64,000 bases of DNA, taken from positions 106,273 through 170,272 of the forward strand of contig CAVYZN010000005.1 of the NCBI GenBank assembly GCA_963773065.1, read 5' to 3'. Position numbers and translations under genes: made by a program. The notes beneath the pieces are model-generated. The model saw only the letters and a list, made by a program, of their open reading frames with translations, was not told the DNA's origin and made no database searches. This DNA comes from an uncultured Gammaproteobacteria bacterium (lineage in GTDB: Bacteria; Pseudomonadota; Gammaproteobacteria; UBA9214). Below are positions 10,192 to 20,700 of this stretch, one piece after another (position 1 is the first letter of the stretch; each line of letters starts with the position of its first letter).

Positions 10192-11725
10192 TTACTCTGT
10201 TTTTCCGGGGGTTGGGTATGCCCCAGAGGTATCGCCAGATACACCGACGATTTCTGAACTGAAACCGCGTATCGGCTTTGTTTGCCTGCCTGAAGGGTCA
10301 GTAAAGGTGTCGTTCAGCTTCTGTATGTAATCGTTGGCCTCGGCGATGACGCGATGCAGGCGTTTACGGGTGGACTTGCCCCAGCCAACGGGATTGGTGG
10401 CAAAGATACTGTGCCATCCCCGCGTATTGTAGTGAAACGCAGTCCTCAGCCGTTCGTATTCCAGACCCGGTGCAAATTCTGTCGCAATGAATCTTAAAAC
10501 CCTACGCGCCGCCAGTTTCCGGATCTTGAAATGCAGGTAGACCAGCACCATGGCGATCATGGCCAGCGCGAACCTGCTCCAGACCATGGTACCGGTCGAA
10601 CCATGCCATTCGGCCGGGCACGGACCAGCGCCAGCCATCGCGCAAACCAAGCCAGCGGGTTGACAACACGGCAACCACCAGAAATGCCCCGAGAAGGACG
10701 CCGTCACCCCACAGGACCAGTCGCCGCCAGCGCGCTTTGTAGTCCCGCAGCCATGGTATGACCTTTTCTTCGATATGGTGCGCCATTTTTTCAAGCGAGC
10801 CGATGATCCGGTAGGCGCGTTCGACGCCGACACGCTGGATCCTGTCATGGATTTCGACGAGATCATGATCACGCTTGGACTCGTAGCGCTTGCGGATCGC
10901 CTCATCCGCGATGGTTACGGCGACATCGGGATTGTAGATACTGTAAAAGCGTCCTGCCGTCAGGCCCTCCTGGGCCAGGGCGCGTTGCCAGGCACCGATA
11001 ACCTCTTCCGGGTTGTCCTCGCGTGCGGTGGTATCCATCTGATTCAGGATATAGACGAACTTGGTCGCGTCCGGACGATGTATGGTGTTGCCCACCAGAT
11101 GCGCCAGGGTGTCACGCATCGCCCCCGGTTCAGGATGACGCGCATCGAAAAACACCAGTACCAGATCCGAGAGGTCGACAATGTGATCGGTAAGTCGCAG
11201 TGTTGCCGTACGCTGGGAATCGGCATCGAAGCCCGGTGAGTCAATGATGATCCTGCCCCGCAATCTCTCACTCGGACATGTCTTTAGCTGAAGATAGCTG
11301 TCCACGCGACGCCCTTCACCGATCGCGACTTTTTCGAGTTCGTTACTGATCTGGTAGAAAGGAAAACGCGGATCCGCATCCAACGCCACACCGGGCAGTG
11401 ACTGTGACGGGTGTTCACCCCCGAAACAGATCACCGTAAATTTGTCATCTACAGCCTGATTCCCAGTCTGCTGTAATCTGGCGCCAAGAAAGTGATTGAT
11501 AAAAGTTGATTTGCCTGCCGAGAAGGTCCCCAGCACCGAGATCATGGGCCACCAGGAAATCTGGGTAGCGAAGGACTGTTCGGTGTCCAGCATGCCGAGT
11601 GTATGTCCCGCCTGGTCGAGGTGGCGATAGCTCTCGACGGCCGAGACCAGCACCGGATTCTCCTTCTTCAGGTGCTGTTCCAGGCTTTTCAGCCGTTGCT
11701 TGATGGTCTTACCTGCGCCGGTCAT
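10192..11725 (-). CDS. dynamin-superfamily (EHD-like) P-loop NTPase with C-terminal membrane segments (frameshift near 10560)
   Basis: G1 GTFSAGKS, G3 IIIDSPG, G4-like LNQMD, DDKFTVI; hydrophobic stretches LVLWGDGVLLGAFLVVAV and ALAMIAMVLVYLHF. Confidence 0.8.
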
Positions 11726-11824
11726 TGACGGTTCCTGCAGCTAACCATCGGCGTGATTCGGGGAGTCGGCAAAGGCGGAAACGAAAACCGATAGAAGAAA
11801 ATCGTGGCAGAGTTATCTGCAAGG

Positions 11825-12336
11825 CTAGGGTAGTATGCTGCTCATCACGTTCATGGGACCTGTCGCCGTGTGTACGTTACGGCTCATGTTGCCGAGGTCA
11901 TTACGCATCTGGTACATGGGCACCGTCATGACGGTCATGGACCTGTTGATGCTGTCCATCGTTTTCACCATGTTGTTCATGGTTACGGACTCGGTACCCC
12001 ACATCCGTCGCGATGGCATCCAGATTGTCCGAAATGACGGCCACATTACCGGAGACGACATTCATTTTGTCGGCAACGTTTTCCAGTGAAACAACCACGG
12101 TCTCCATGCTCCTCGCCAGCCGGCCAACGTCATTGGTTAACGTGTAGATGAGATAAAAGCCATAGGAAGCCAGCACGATGAAGGCCAGCAGCGAGGGATA
12201 GACCACCAGTTCCCAACGACGTGCACTGGCTTCAAAGTTGCGCGCAAACTTGTCGATACAGACGGCCAGATCCTGAGGAATGGCGTTATTGCCAGCGCTG
12301 GCAGCCGTTATACCCGATAGCCTGCTTTTCCTGCAT
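11825..12336 (-). CDS. single-pass membrane protein with Met-rich coiled-coil (frameshifted)
   Basis: ARRWELVVYPSLLAFIVLASYGFYLIY TM segment; heptad Met-rich tail ending TGPMNVMSSILP in the next frame; ORFs 11901-12362 and 11825-12061 join. Confidence 0.7.
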
Positions 12337-12433
12337 TTCCCGTCCCTCGCTTTAGTAATCAATGCCGCTTGCGAGGCAGTATAAAGGAAACAAGGGGCGA
12401 TGGCGCTCTTGACATTTGCCAGAGAGATCGGCT

Positions 12434-13024
12434 CTAGAATGCCCCCGTGGCGCCCCGATTCATGATATCCAGTATGCTGTCCTTGATCGCAATGGCTTCT
12501 TCCTGCAACCCCTTCGGCATGACCTTACCACCGTGGATCATCATGTCCATATTGAGTGTATAGAGCCAGAGTTTGCCTTGCTTATCTTCGATTAACGATA
12601 TCCGGCAAGGCAAATAGGCCGAGAAGGCGACCGAATAATCAATCATGTGGGCAGCCGTCAAGGGATTGCAGAACATGTAAATCTTGAGAAAATGCTGCGG
12701 TTGACCCGTCATGGCCTCCACCTGTTCTGAAAGTGGCAGTTCACCGACATTTTTTAGATTGTGTTCATTGGCGACAAAATGCAAGGTCTGTTCGACATCC
12801 TTCCAACTTAGACCCTCCTTGACCGGAACCTTCCAGATGGTTGCTTCAGCGGCGTTAGCGGTCTCGATCAGCTTCTTGGCCATATCGAGATAGACCGCCG
12901 GTGCTTTTTCATCAAACGAACGGAGATTAACCAGGCCATCGCCCAGCTGTGTTGCCATGTATATCATGCCGGTGACCAGCAGCAGTCCAATCAAGGCAAG
13001 CAGGTTCCAAATAAATCTGAACAT
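12434..13024 (-). CDS. membrane-anchored DUF302 domain protein
   Basis: N-terminal TM; IYMFCNP...AYLPCRI Cys pair; start taken at MFRFIWNLL. Confidence 0.8.
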   Translation of the reverse strand: MFRFIWNLLALIGLLLVTGMIYMATQLGDGLVNLRSFDEKAPAVYLDMAKKLIETANAAEATIWKVPVKEGLSWKDVEQTLHFVANEHNLKNVGELPLSEQVEAMTGQPQHFLKIYMFCNPLTAAHMIDYSVAFSAYLPCRISLIEDKQGKLWLYTLNMDMMIHGGKVMPKGLQEEAIAIKDSILDIMNRGATGAF

Positions 13025-13052
13025 TTCTTTCTCTTGAAAATATAACCGAGTA

Positions 13053-14115
13053 TCAGCGATTCTCAGAGGTCGTCGCCGACGTAATGAGCTTTTCCAGTTC
13101 CTCGGCCTGCGATCCATTCAGCCCGCGGATCACATTAACCAAGTCACGCGCCGGCTGAATACGTCCTTCCCTGACGAGCCGGATTCCGGCCTCGTAATAC
13201 GCCGCAGCCGCCTCTTCCCAACGCCCCTGTGTAAAAAACATATTTCCCAGTTCTCCATACCCATCCGGATTCTGAGGTTCGAGTTCCGCCAGATTACGGT
13301 AGTTTTTCTCGGCAGCGTCATAGTTGTGCAACCAGAATGCCTCACGTGCGGCGGCCAGAATTTCATAGGGTTTTACCGGTGTGGCGCTGCTCTGGGTCGA
13401 TTGTTCAGCGGTCGTATCGGTAGCCCGCGCTCCAGCGGTTGAAGCGGCGGCTGCTTCCTCCGTGTTCGTAGCGGATTCTTGAGGGAGCGGTGCGCCGGGG
13501 TATGGTTCTGGCGTGCCGGTGGGAGCTTGCGTCCCGGTTTGCGGCGCCGTCACTCCCGGATGCCTCGGGTTCAGAGACTGTATCCGCACCCGCGGATGCC
13601 GGTTCTGCACCAGGACCGGGGCCTGCGACTCCGGCCTTTGGCCCAGCCGGCGTTTCGGAAGATGGAACGGGGACGGGTACGACTTCTGTACCAGTGGCCC
13701 CGCTGGCCTCACCACGGCTTGCGGTTACCCTCTCGCCCGGCATGGGCTCTTCTGCGGCGGGGGGAGGCGCAATCCCTGCAACCGGTTGCTGACTTTCAAC
13801 ACCGGCTTTGGATGCCCCCGCCGTCGCTTCCACGGCAGGAGCCGCCGGAACTGCAGCCACGGATTCATCAACGGGCGCCGTCGATGCCGTTCCAACCGGT
13901 TCGCCAGGAGCCGTTTCCTGTGTTGGTGCCATATCACCTTTAACGTTACCCTGCGTATCACCGGCGCCCGCGACTCTCTCGGATTCCGGCACCAGAAAAT
14001 CGGGAAGCTCAAGGTCAGGGAACAGTTCACCGCGATAGATAAATCCGATGCCCAGTAATAGGACGACGACAATCGCAAAACCGTGACTCACAATGCGCGC
14101 AAGGTTGTTCATCAT
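13053..14115 (-). CDS. membrane-anchored protein with Pro/Ala-rich linker and C-terminal TPR (frameshifted)
   Basis: N-terminal TM HGFAIVVVLLLGIGFIYRG; disordered linker; AAREAFW...PQNPDGYGELGNMFF...AAAAYYEAG TPR in an adjacent frame. Confidence 0.7.
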
Positions 14116-14140
14116 GCTTACTCCTGCTCAATAACTCTGA

Positions 14141-14800
14141 TTATGATTGCCCGGCCATGTCGGGATACAGCGCTTTTGCCAACGTCCTGAACTCCTGCGC
14201 CGCCTTGCTCCGCGGCCACATCTCGAACACTGTCAGCCCTTCACTCAGTGAACGGCGAAATCCTGTTCTCAGGCGCAGTCGTTGTGGCAGAACGACATCA
14301 ATCCCCGGCAACATGCGCAAAGCCGCTTCTGTTTCGTGCGTTTCACGGATGGATTTGTTTGTGTCAGCCCGGTTGACGAACGCCATCGTTCGCTGCGTAC
14401 CGCTGGCCTTCATGGCCTCGAGGTCAGGTCCAATGATATGCAGGAAGCGCTGGGTTGCCCAGACGTCGGCCTGACTCGGGGGGACCGGTATCAGAATACG
14501 GTCCGCTGCGGTCAGGGCTTCTTTCATGGCCGCCAGATTTGCCGCGCCGACATCGATGAGAACCTCATAGCCGGCATGGGATAGCAGTTGCTCCTTGAGC
14601 ACGGCCCGCACGGAGTGGATCGTCAGATCGGGTTTGTATTCCATCTCTCTGCGCAGCATCGCCAGATCACTGAAGGTGCACTGTGGGTCGAGATCGTAAC
14701 CGATGACTGAACGGTTATTTTTTTCCAGCCAGACTGCCAGGTTGAAGGCCACCGTACTCTTGCCGGAGCCGCCTTTAAGATTCGCAATAATAGTAATCAT
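14141..14800 (-). CDS. short orphan ParA/MinD-family ATPase
   Basis: Deviant Walker A NLKGGSGKST, DLDPQ, LIDVG, ADRILIPVPPSQAD; 219 aa, no HTH, no parB nearby. Confidence 0.9.
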   Translation of the reverse strand: MITIIANLKGGSGKSTVAFNLAVWLEKNNRSVIGYDLDPQCTFSDLAMLRREMEYKPDLTIHSVRAVLKEQLLSHAGYEVLIDVGAANLAAMKEALTAADRILIPVPPSQADVWATQRFLHIIGPDLEAMKASGTQRTMAFVNRADTNKSIRETHETEAALRMLPGIDVVLPQRLRLRTGFRRSLSEGLTVFEMWPRSKAAQEFRTLAKALYPDMAGQS

Positions 14801-14877
14801 GCACTCGCTCTTGATCCCCGCGACGGGGTAGACCGTAAATCGAGCAACGGGACTAGATAACGACTAAATTTCATTCG

Positions 14878-15681
14878 TCAAGACTGTATGACGCGGATCA
14901 ACGGTTGTTTCCCTGCCCTCTGCTCCGGAGCACCACCTTGCGGGATGCTCATTTCCTTGTAGCCAGGCGGCACGCTAAACAAATCTGCCGGTTGCTTGCC
15001 AATCCTGATATTGCGTAATTCGCTGACAAACCCTCCCGGCCGCTCTTCGCGGATATTTATCTTCAGCTCGGGATCAAACCACTGGTAGGCGACACTGCTC
15101 TGGTCACCGGGACGTGTGGCTGTCATTTCCCATTTCTCGGTATTGCGGCCGTTCAGTGTTTCCCTGCCTACCAGACGCATTTCCATGGTTGCTCCGTCCG
15201 GAAAGGTTTGACGAACCGGGATATGACGCTCCTGATCCAACCAGATAAGCATCTGGCTGGATTGCTCCTGGGCCGTACTCTTCAACTCCCATTTTTCCGC
15301 TGGCCGTCCATTGATGGCCTCGACGCCGATCTTGTTACAGCTAAGGTTCTGCATACCCGCGCATGGGTTTGCATCCTTCGCGGCAGTTTCCGGCATCATT
15401 TCTCCCGGACCCGCCTTGTGTTCCATATAGGTTTGTTGCTCGGGATCGAGCATATAGGCCGCCTGTTGCTTCATGTCGATAATCTGGACCATCGCCTCGT
15501 CGCTAACGGTGACCTCGGTGCGCACTTGTTCGTTGCCTATGTAAATCTTCCCCTGCTGGGATTCTTGCTGCGGCATTGATTGAATAAAATCAGCGGAGAA
15601 TTCGACCTGATTCTGTCCGGCAACGGCCGAGGCGGATGTAAACAGCAACAATAGCAATGAAGAGAGAATCTGGAATCGCAT
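14878..15681 (-). CDS. exported DUF4412/LolA-like beta-rich protein with internal duplication
   Basis: Signal peptide; EFSADF; duplicated GVEAINGRPAEKWE / GRETLNGRNTEKWE; C-terminal QPADLFSVPPGY. Confidence 0.65.
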   Translation of the reverse strand: MRFQILSSLLLLLFTSASAVAGQNQVEFSADFIQSMPQQESQQGKIYIGNEQVRTEVTVSDEAMVQIIDMKQQAAYMLDPEQQTYMEHKAGPGEMMPETAAKDANPCAGMQNLSCNKIGVEAINGRPAEKWELKSTAQEQSSQMLIWLDQERHIPVRQTFPDGATMEMRLVGRETLNGRNTEKWEMTATRPGDQSSVAYQWFDPELKINIREERPGGFVSELRNIRIGKQPADLFSVPPGYKEMSIPQGGAPEQRAGKQPLIRVIQS

Positions 15682-15731
15682 TTTTCAAACGTGACCTTGA
15701 TGAATTAACTTATGGAAACAGATTGATCAAA

Positions 15732-15767
15732 TAAAAAACGAGCCAACACATCCCTGTGGAGGCTCGT
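15732..15767 (-). terminator. Rho-independent terminator after the sulfur globule gene
   Basis: Minus strand ACGAGCC...GGCTCGT followed by TTTTT. Confidence 0.7.
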
Positions 15768-15784
15768 CGGAATTACCTACGGGG

Positions 15785-16215
15785 TTATTGGCTGGCACCC
15801 GATGTTGCTGGTTGGGCGGGTGCGGGTGCAGCCGCCGGGGCACCGTAACCATACGGAGCACCATAGGCACCGGGATAACCGCCATAGCCGCCATAGCCAG
15901 GCCACCCCAGCCACCACCATAACCCGGATAGCCACCATAGCCATAGCCGGGATAACCGTAGCCGCCATAGCCATAGCCATAGCCATTACCATAACCACGC
16001 CCACGCCCATAACCACTACCATGGCCGCCACCGCTCATGCTGAAGTCGAAATCACCGGAGCCGTCACCCCAGCCGTCACCCGAGCCGTCATTACCCCAGC
16101 CATTACTCCAGGGACCACCACCGCCCCATGGACCCCAGGCCTGAGCTGCCGTGAAAGGAATCGCCATGGCGCCGGCAATGGCGGTGGCACACAACGTTTT
16201 GGTCAGTTTATTCAT
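15785..16215 (-). CDS. sgpA: sulfur globule envelope protein, SgpA/SgpB (CV1/CV2)-like (frameshift near 15903)
   Basis: Sec signal ending AQA-WGPWGGGGPW; DGWGDGSGDFDFSMSGGG; GYGRGRGYG and GYG repeats; corrected C-terminus GYGGYPGAYGAPYGYGAPAAAPAP...SQ*; strong RBS GAGGT. Confidence 0.8.
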
Positions 16216-16418
16216 ATCTACTACCTCATCATGTTGTTTTGTTTGCAATGTATATTACAAACTTGGCTCCCTAGTGTCCTGCAATCATCAACGGAGGGAG
16301 ACTCCCGTAGCTGATTCAACAATCAACCGACTTCCGCCGGTTGAAATGAAGACGTTACTTCAGATACCTGTCGGTGACTTGTATTAGACCCCGTTAGAGC
16401 CGGATAGGAGCATTACCC

Positions 16419-17048
16419 TTACCAACCATAAACCGGCGGGATCATTTCCGGGTAAACGTTATATATTCCGCCGCCCCCACCCGGAACCCCCAGCGATGGG
16501 TCAACTAGGCCATAACCATAACCACCATAACCGCCATAACCGCCATAACCGCCATAGCCTGGCCATCCTCCGTAGGGGATTGTAGCAGGTCGTTGTTCCT
16601 GAGGTGTCGCGCTTTTTTGCTTTTTTTCCGGGGTCGGGAATGCACCCCAGGGACGTTGTTGGTATTGATACTGTGGCTCAGTCTGATAGGGCTGAGACGG
16701 GTTTTGCGACTGGCCAGGCTGGGACCAGGGCGACGGTTCCTGGGATGAGTGCTGTGTCATTTGCGGTTGTTGATAAATACCAGTGTAATACGGTTGTTGC
16801 GATTGCCCCGCCGGTTGTGGCGACGGTACCGGCACAGGGACATAGACCGTCTGCGGCGGCAGGTATTTTGAACGCGGATACCACTCCTTGACGATCGGTT
16901 GCTGGGCCTGTGGTTCCTTTCCCACGCCGCTCGCAGTCGCATCCTCCCTCTCTTGATCATCACCGCAGGAGGCGACTAGGTAACAAATACATATCATTGC
17001 AATCCATATGACCAGGGTTTTTGAGCGTGGGTGACTCTGCATCCCCAT
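16419..17048 (-). CDS. putative lipoprotein with Gln/Pro-rich region and GYG repeats
   Basis: Lipobox-like LVASC; QQRPWG; GWPGYGGYGGYGGYGGYGYG. Confidence 0.6.
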   Translation of the reverse strand: MGMQSHPRSKTLVIWIAMICICYLVASCGDDQEREDATASGVGKEPQAQQPIVKEWYPRSKYLPPQTVYVPVPVPSPQPAGQSQQPYYTGIYQQPQMTQHSSQEPSPWSQPGQSQNPSQPYQTEPQYQYQQRPWGAFPTPEKKQKSATPQEQRPATIPYGGWPGYGGYGGYGGYGGYGYGLVDPSLGVPGGGGGIYNVYPEMIPPVYGW

Positions 17049-17065
17049 GGCGATTATGTGTGCGT

Positions 17066-17692
17066 TTACTGTGCACCGCTGCCACGACGATAAAGCTGGT
17101 CAGGTGACGGCGGTACTATCCTGCCGTTATATAAAGGCGGTGGTGGGACTTCATCTTCACTGCGCTGCCCGGGTGAGTTATACCAGGGTGAGGGCGCATA
17201 GCCATTAACGCGAATCGCCTGAGGGCGGGTAACCATATGAACCCGTATAATCCTGGACCGGTGCGGCCCAGCTCTGGTTATAGCCTTGCGATCGGTAGTA
17301 CCCGGGGGAGATTTATCGCCAGAGGGCTCGTTTCCGGTATACGCGCCGGGTGCCATTGGTCGTGCCGGTGTACCAGCAGACGGTGGGGCGCCCATGAAAT
17401 CACCCGGCAGTTCCTCACTCTGGGCCCGGGGTGTATCAAGGCCGCTCCCAAATGGGATCCTCAGATCCTCTTGACCCGGTATCCGGGGATCGACGTTGAC
17501 GGACTGATAAGGGCCGGGCGGCGGCGGCGCGGATACAATGGCCCAGTCATTACTGTAGCTATAGGAGGATGATTGTGTTCCCGTATCACCCGGCGGCTGA
17601 TCTTCAGCAACGACATCGGTTAACACCAAGCTGCCTGCGATTGCCAGAAACACACCAAGACAGTGAATTGAGATAGCACCATGGTGTTTCAT
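17066..17692 (-). CDS. exported Pro-rich hypothetical protein
   Basis: Signal-like N-terminus; SYSYS, APPPPGPY, VPPPPLY; RBS AAAGGA; possible internal frameshift. Confidence 0.6.
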   Translation of the reverse strand: MKHHGAISIHCLGVFLAIAGSLVLTDVVAEDQPPGDTGTQSSSYSYSNDWAIVSAPPPPGPYQSVNVDPRIPGQEDLRIPFGSGLDTPRAQSEELPGDFMGAPPSAGTPARPMAPGAYTGNEPSGDKSPPGTTDRKAITRAGPHRSRIIRVHMVTRPQAIRVNGYAPSPWYNSPGQRSEDEVPPPPLYNGRIVPPSPDQLYRRGSGAQ

Positions 17693-17772
17693 TGTTAATT
17701 CCTTTCAGTTATCTGCTGTATCCAGTATGGATCCGAGTATGTATCCGGTGATCTTCAGCCCAAACCGAATAT

Positions 17773-20700
17773 TTACTTGAGATCTTGTTTGAGACGAATA
17801 CCACGACGTTTCCGCACAATACCCTCACCTTCCGTGTCATCCGCTATTTCAGATGAGGTCATGGCACTTTCATCAGCCTCCTCGCCTGAATGGTCAACAT
17901 CATCGGCGAACACCGCCTCAGGAGCGGAGCCGCTTCCAGCCACAGTCTCAGCCACAACAGGATCGGATGTGGGAACTGGTGCGCCCCTCCCGTGCGGTGC
18001 CGGCGCTTTTTCACCTGCAGGCTGCAGTGATGCAGCCGTGCTCGTCGCGGCATCCGCCGCACCGGCGGCTGGGGCGGGTCGCGGCGGCGGTGGTTGGCGC
18101 GGGGGCGGGGGCGTTCCCCCGCGTGGCGGCGGAGGCGTGCCACCCGCACCCGGTGAAGGTTGCCGCGGTGGCGGAGGCGCTGCACCACGACGGTGACCAG
18201 ACTTGCCCAGGATCGCCTTGAAACCCATGCCGAGCATGGTGAAGATGGCCCGGATGATGTAGAACAGCCAGGTAAAGACCGAGATGATCCCACCGTACAG
18301 GCGCATCCACAGCGGCGTACCAGCCGGGGCGGCCGTTTCATTCGAAACCTGTTCGATGCGTTGGTATGCTGGACTGATGCCGATCGTTCCGTCATCGGCG
18401 GTTTCGATATAGAACTGCTTGCGGGCGCTGATACAACCAAGCGGGACAACCAGCACGGCCATACAGGTGGCCACGCCGGCGCCAAACAGCGTACTGATTG
18501 CAAGGCCACTGAAGATCGGATCATGTAATATCGCGAATGCGCCGACCATCACGGTCAGGGTGGTGATAAGGATGGGCCGCATGCGGACTTCCGCACCGTG
18601 GATGGCCGCTTCCCTGACATCTTTTCCTTTGGCCACCTCGATCTTGACGAATTCCACAATCAGGATCGATTGCCGCACGATGATGCCGCCCAAGGCGATC
18701 ATGCCGATCATCGATGTTGCCGTGAATTCCGCGCCCATGATCCAGTGCCCTGGTATGATACCGAGCAGGGTCAACGGGATCGGCGACATGATCAAACCGG
18801 CGAGGGTGAAATTCTTGAACTCCCAGACTATCAGGGCATAAATCAGCACCAGGGCCGCCATGAATGCACCGCCCATGTCGCGGAAGGTTTCGTACGTCAC
18901 CGTCCACTCCCCGCTCCACTCATAGCCGGAGTGGTTATCATCCTTGGGAGCGCCAAACAGGTTCCACGGCATGGTCACCATTTTCACGCCATCCGGTGCG
19001 GTGTAGTCCTTGACGAGATCCTCGATGCCGAGCATGCCGTAAATCGGCGCGCCCAGACGGCCCTCCATCTCGCCTATCACGTACTCGACCCCGCGCAGGT
19101 CCTTGGAGTAGATGATGGGGTCTTCAGGCTGCTTGATGAACTGGCCCAGCTCGGAGAGGGGCAACGTCTTGCCGTCGTTTGTCGGTACCGGCAGATCTCC
19201 CAAACGCGTTATTTGTGACCGGATGGAAAGCGGAACCTGGATCACGATATAGGTCGGTTCCAGCACCGTTTCGCGTTTAACATCCCCCAACTTGAAGTTG
19301 CCCATGGCCATGGTAAGCGTATTGTTGATGGTGTCGACCGAGATACCGCGGCGCACGGCCTTTTCGGTATCGACCTCGAAGCGCCAGTATTCGTAGGGTT
19401 CAGCCATGTAGTTGTCGACATCGACGACATTCTCGACCTTCCCGAACATGGCCGTCATGTCGGCGGCCACCTTGCGCCGTGTTTCAGCATCCGGCCCATG
19501 GACTTCGGCAACCACCGTCTGCAGCACCGGCGGCCCCGGCGGCATCTCGACCACCGCGATACGCGCTCCCATCGATTCCGCCAAGGGAGTCAAGCGGTGG
19601 CGCGCGTCCACGGCAAGTTGATGACTGGTACGCTCGCGTTCATTCTTGTTCTTGATCATGACCAGCAAATCACCATCCCAGGAACGTTGGCGCAAGTAGT
19701 AATGACGCACCATGCCGTTGAAATTGAACGGCTGGGCGGTCCCGGCATACGTCTGCACCGCAGTGACTTCCGGTATGTTGCGCACCTCCTCGGCCAGCGC
19801 CCTGACGACATTGGCGGTTACCGGCATCGCCGTTCCTTCCGGCATGTTGACGATCACGGAAAATTCCGGCTTGTTATCAAACGGCAGCATCTTTACGACA
19901 ACGGTCTGGGTATAAAAGAGCACGCACAACCCGGCCGTTAGTCCGATGATGCTGAACAGAAACGCGAAGCCCAGAAAGCGGTTTTCAATCAGTGGGGTGA
20001 TGATGGGGCGGTAAAATCGCCTGATTTTTGCGTGCGTCTTCTGTTCCTTTTTCATCGCCTTTTCCAGAGACGCCATCCGGGGTGCGACCTTGACCGCCAA
20101 CCAGGGCGTAAAGATAAAGGCCGCGAGCAGCGAGAAGAACATGGCAGAGGAACCCAGCACCGGAATGGGCCGCATATAGGGTCCCATGAGACCACTCACC
20201 CAACCCATGGGTAAGAGCGCCGAGATAATGGTAAAGGTGGCCAGGATGGTCGGATTGCCGACTTCCCGGACCGCATCGACGGCGATGGCGACGCTGGTCT
20301 TGCCCCTCTCCAGCCAGTGACGAAAGATATTCTCGATGACCACGGCAGCATCATCCACCAGGATGCCAATCGAGAAGATCAGGGCAAAAAGGCTGACGCG
20401 ATCGATGGTGTAATCCACCATCATTGCCCACCAGATCGTGACCAGGATGACAACGGGAATCACGGTAATGACAACGAAAGCGGCACGAAAACCCAAGCCG
20501 TACAGACACAACAGTGAGACGAAAACCGCCGCCTCGAGCATGGCCTCCAGCAGTTCGTTGACCTTGTCATTGGCTGTCTTGCCGTAATTTCGGGTAATCT
20601 CCACATGAACGTTCGCGGGAATCAGATCCCCCTTGAGATCCTCGATCTTCTCCAGCAGCCGATTGGCCACCACCACGCCATTGGTTTTTTCCTTCTTGGC

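Noticed and set aside
14141-14800. ParA as evidence of a plasmid or prophage
   Set aside because: No parB, rep, phage or conjugation genes; it is embedded in a co-directional envelope gene cluster.
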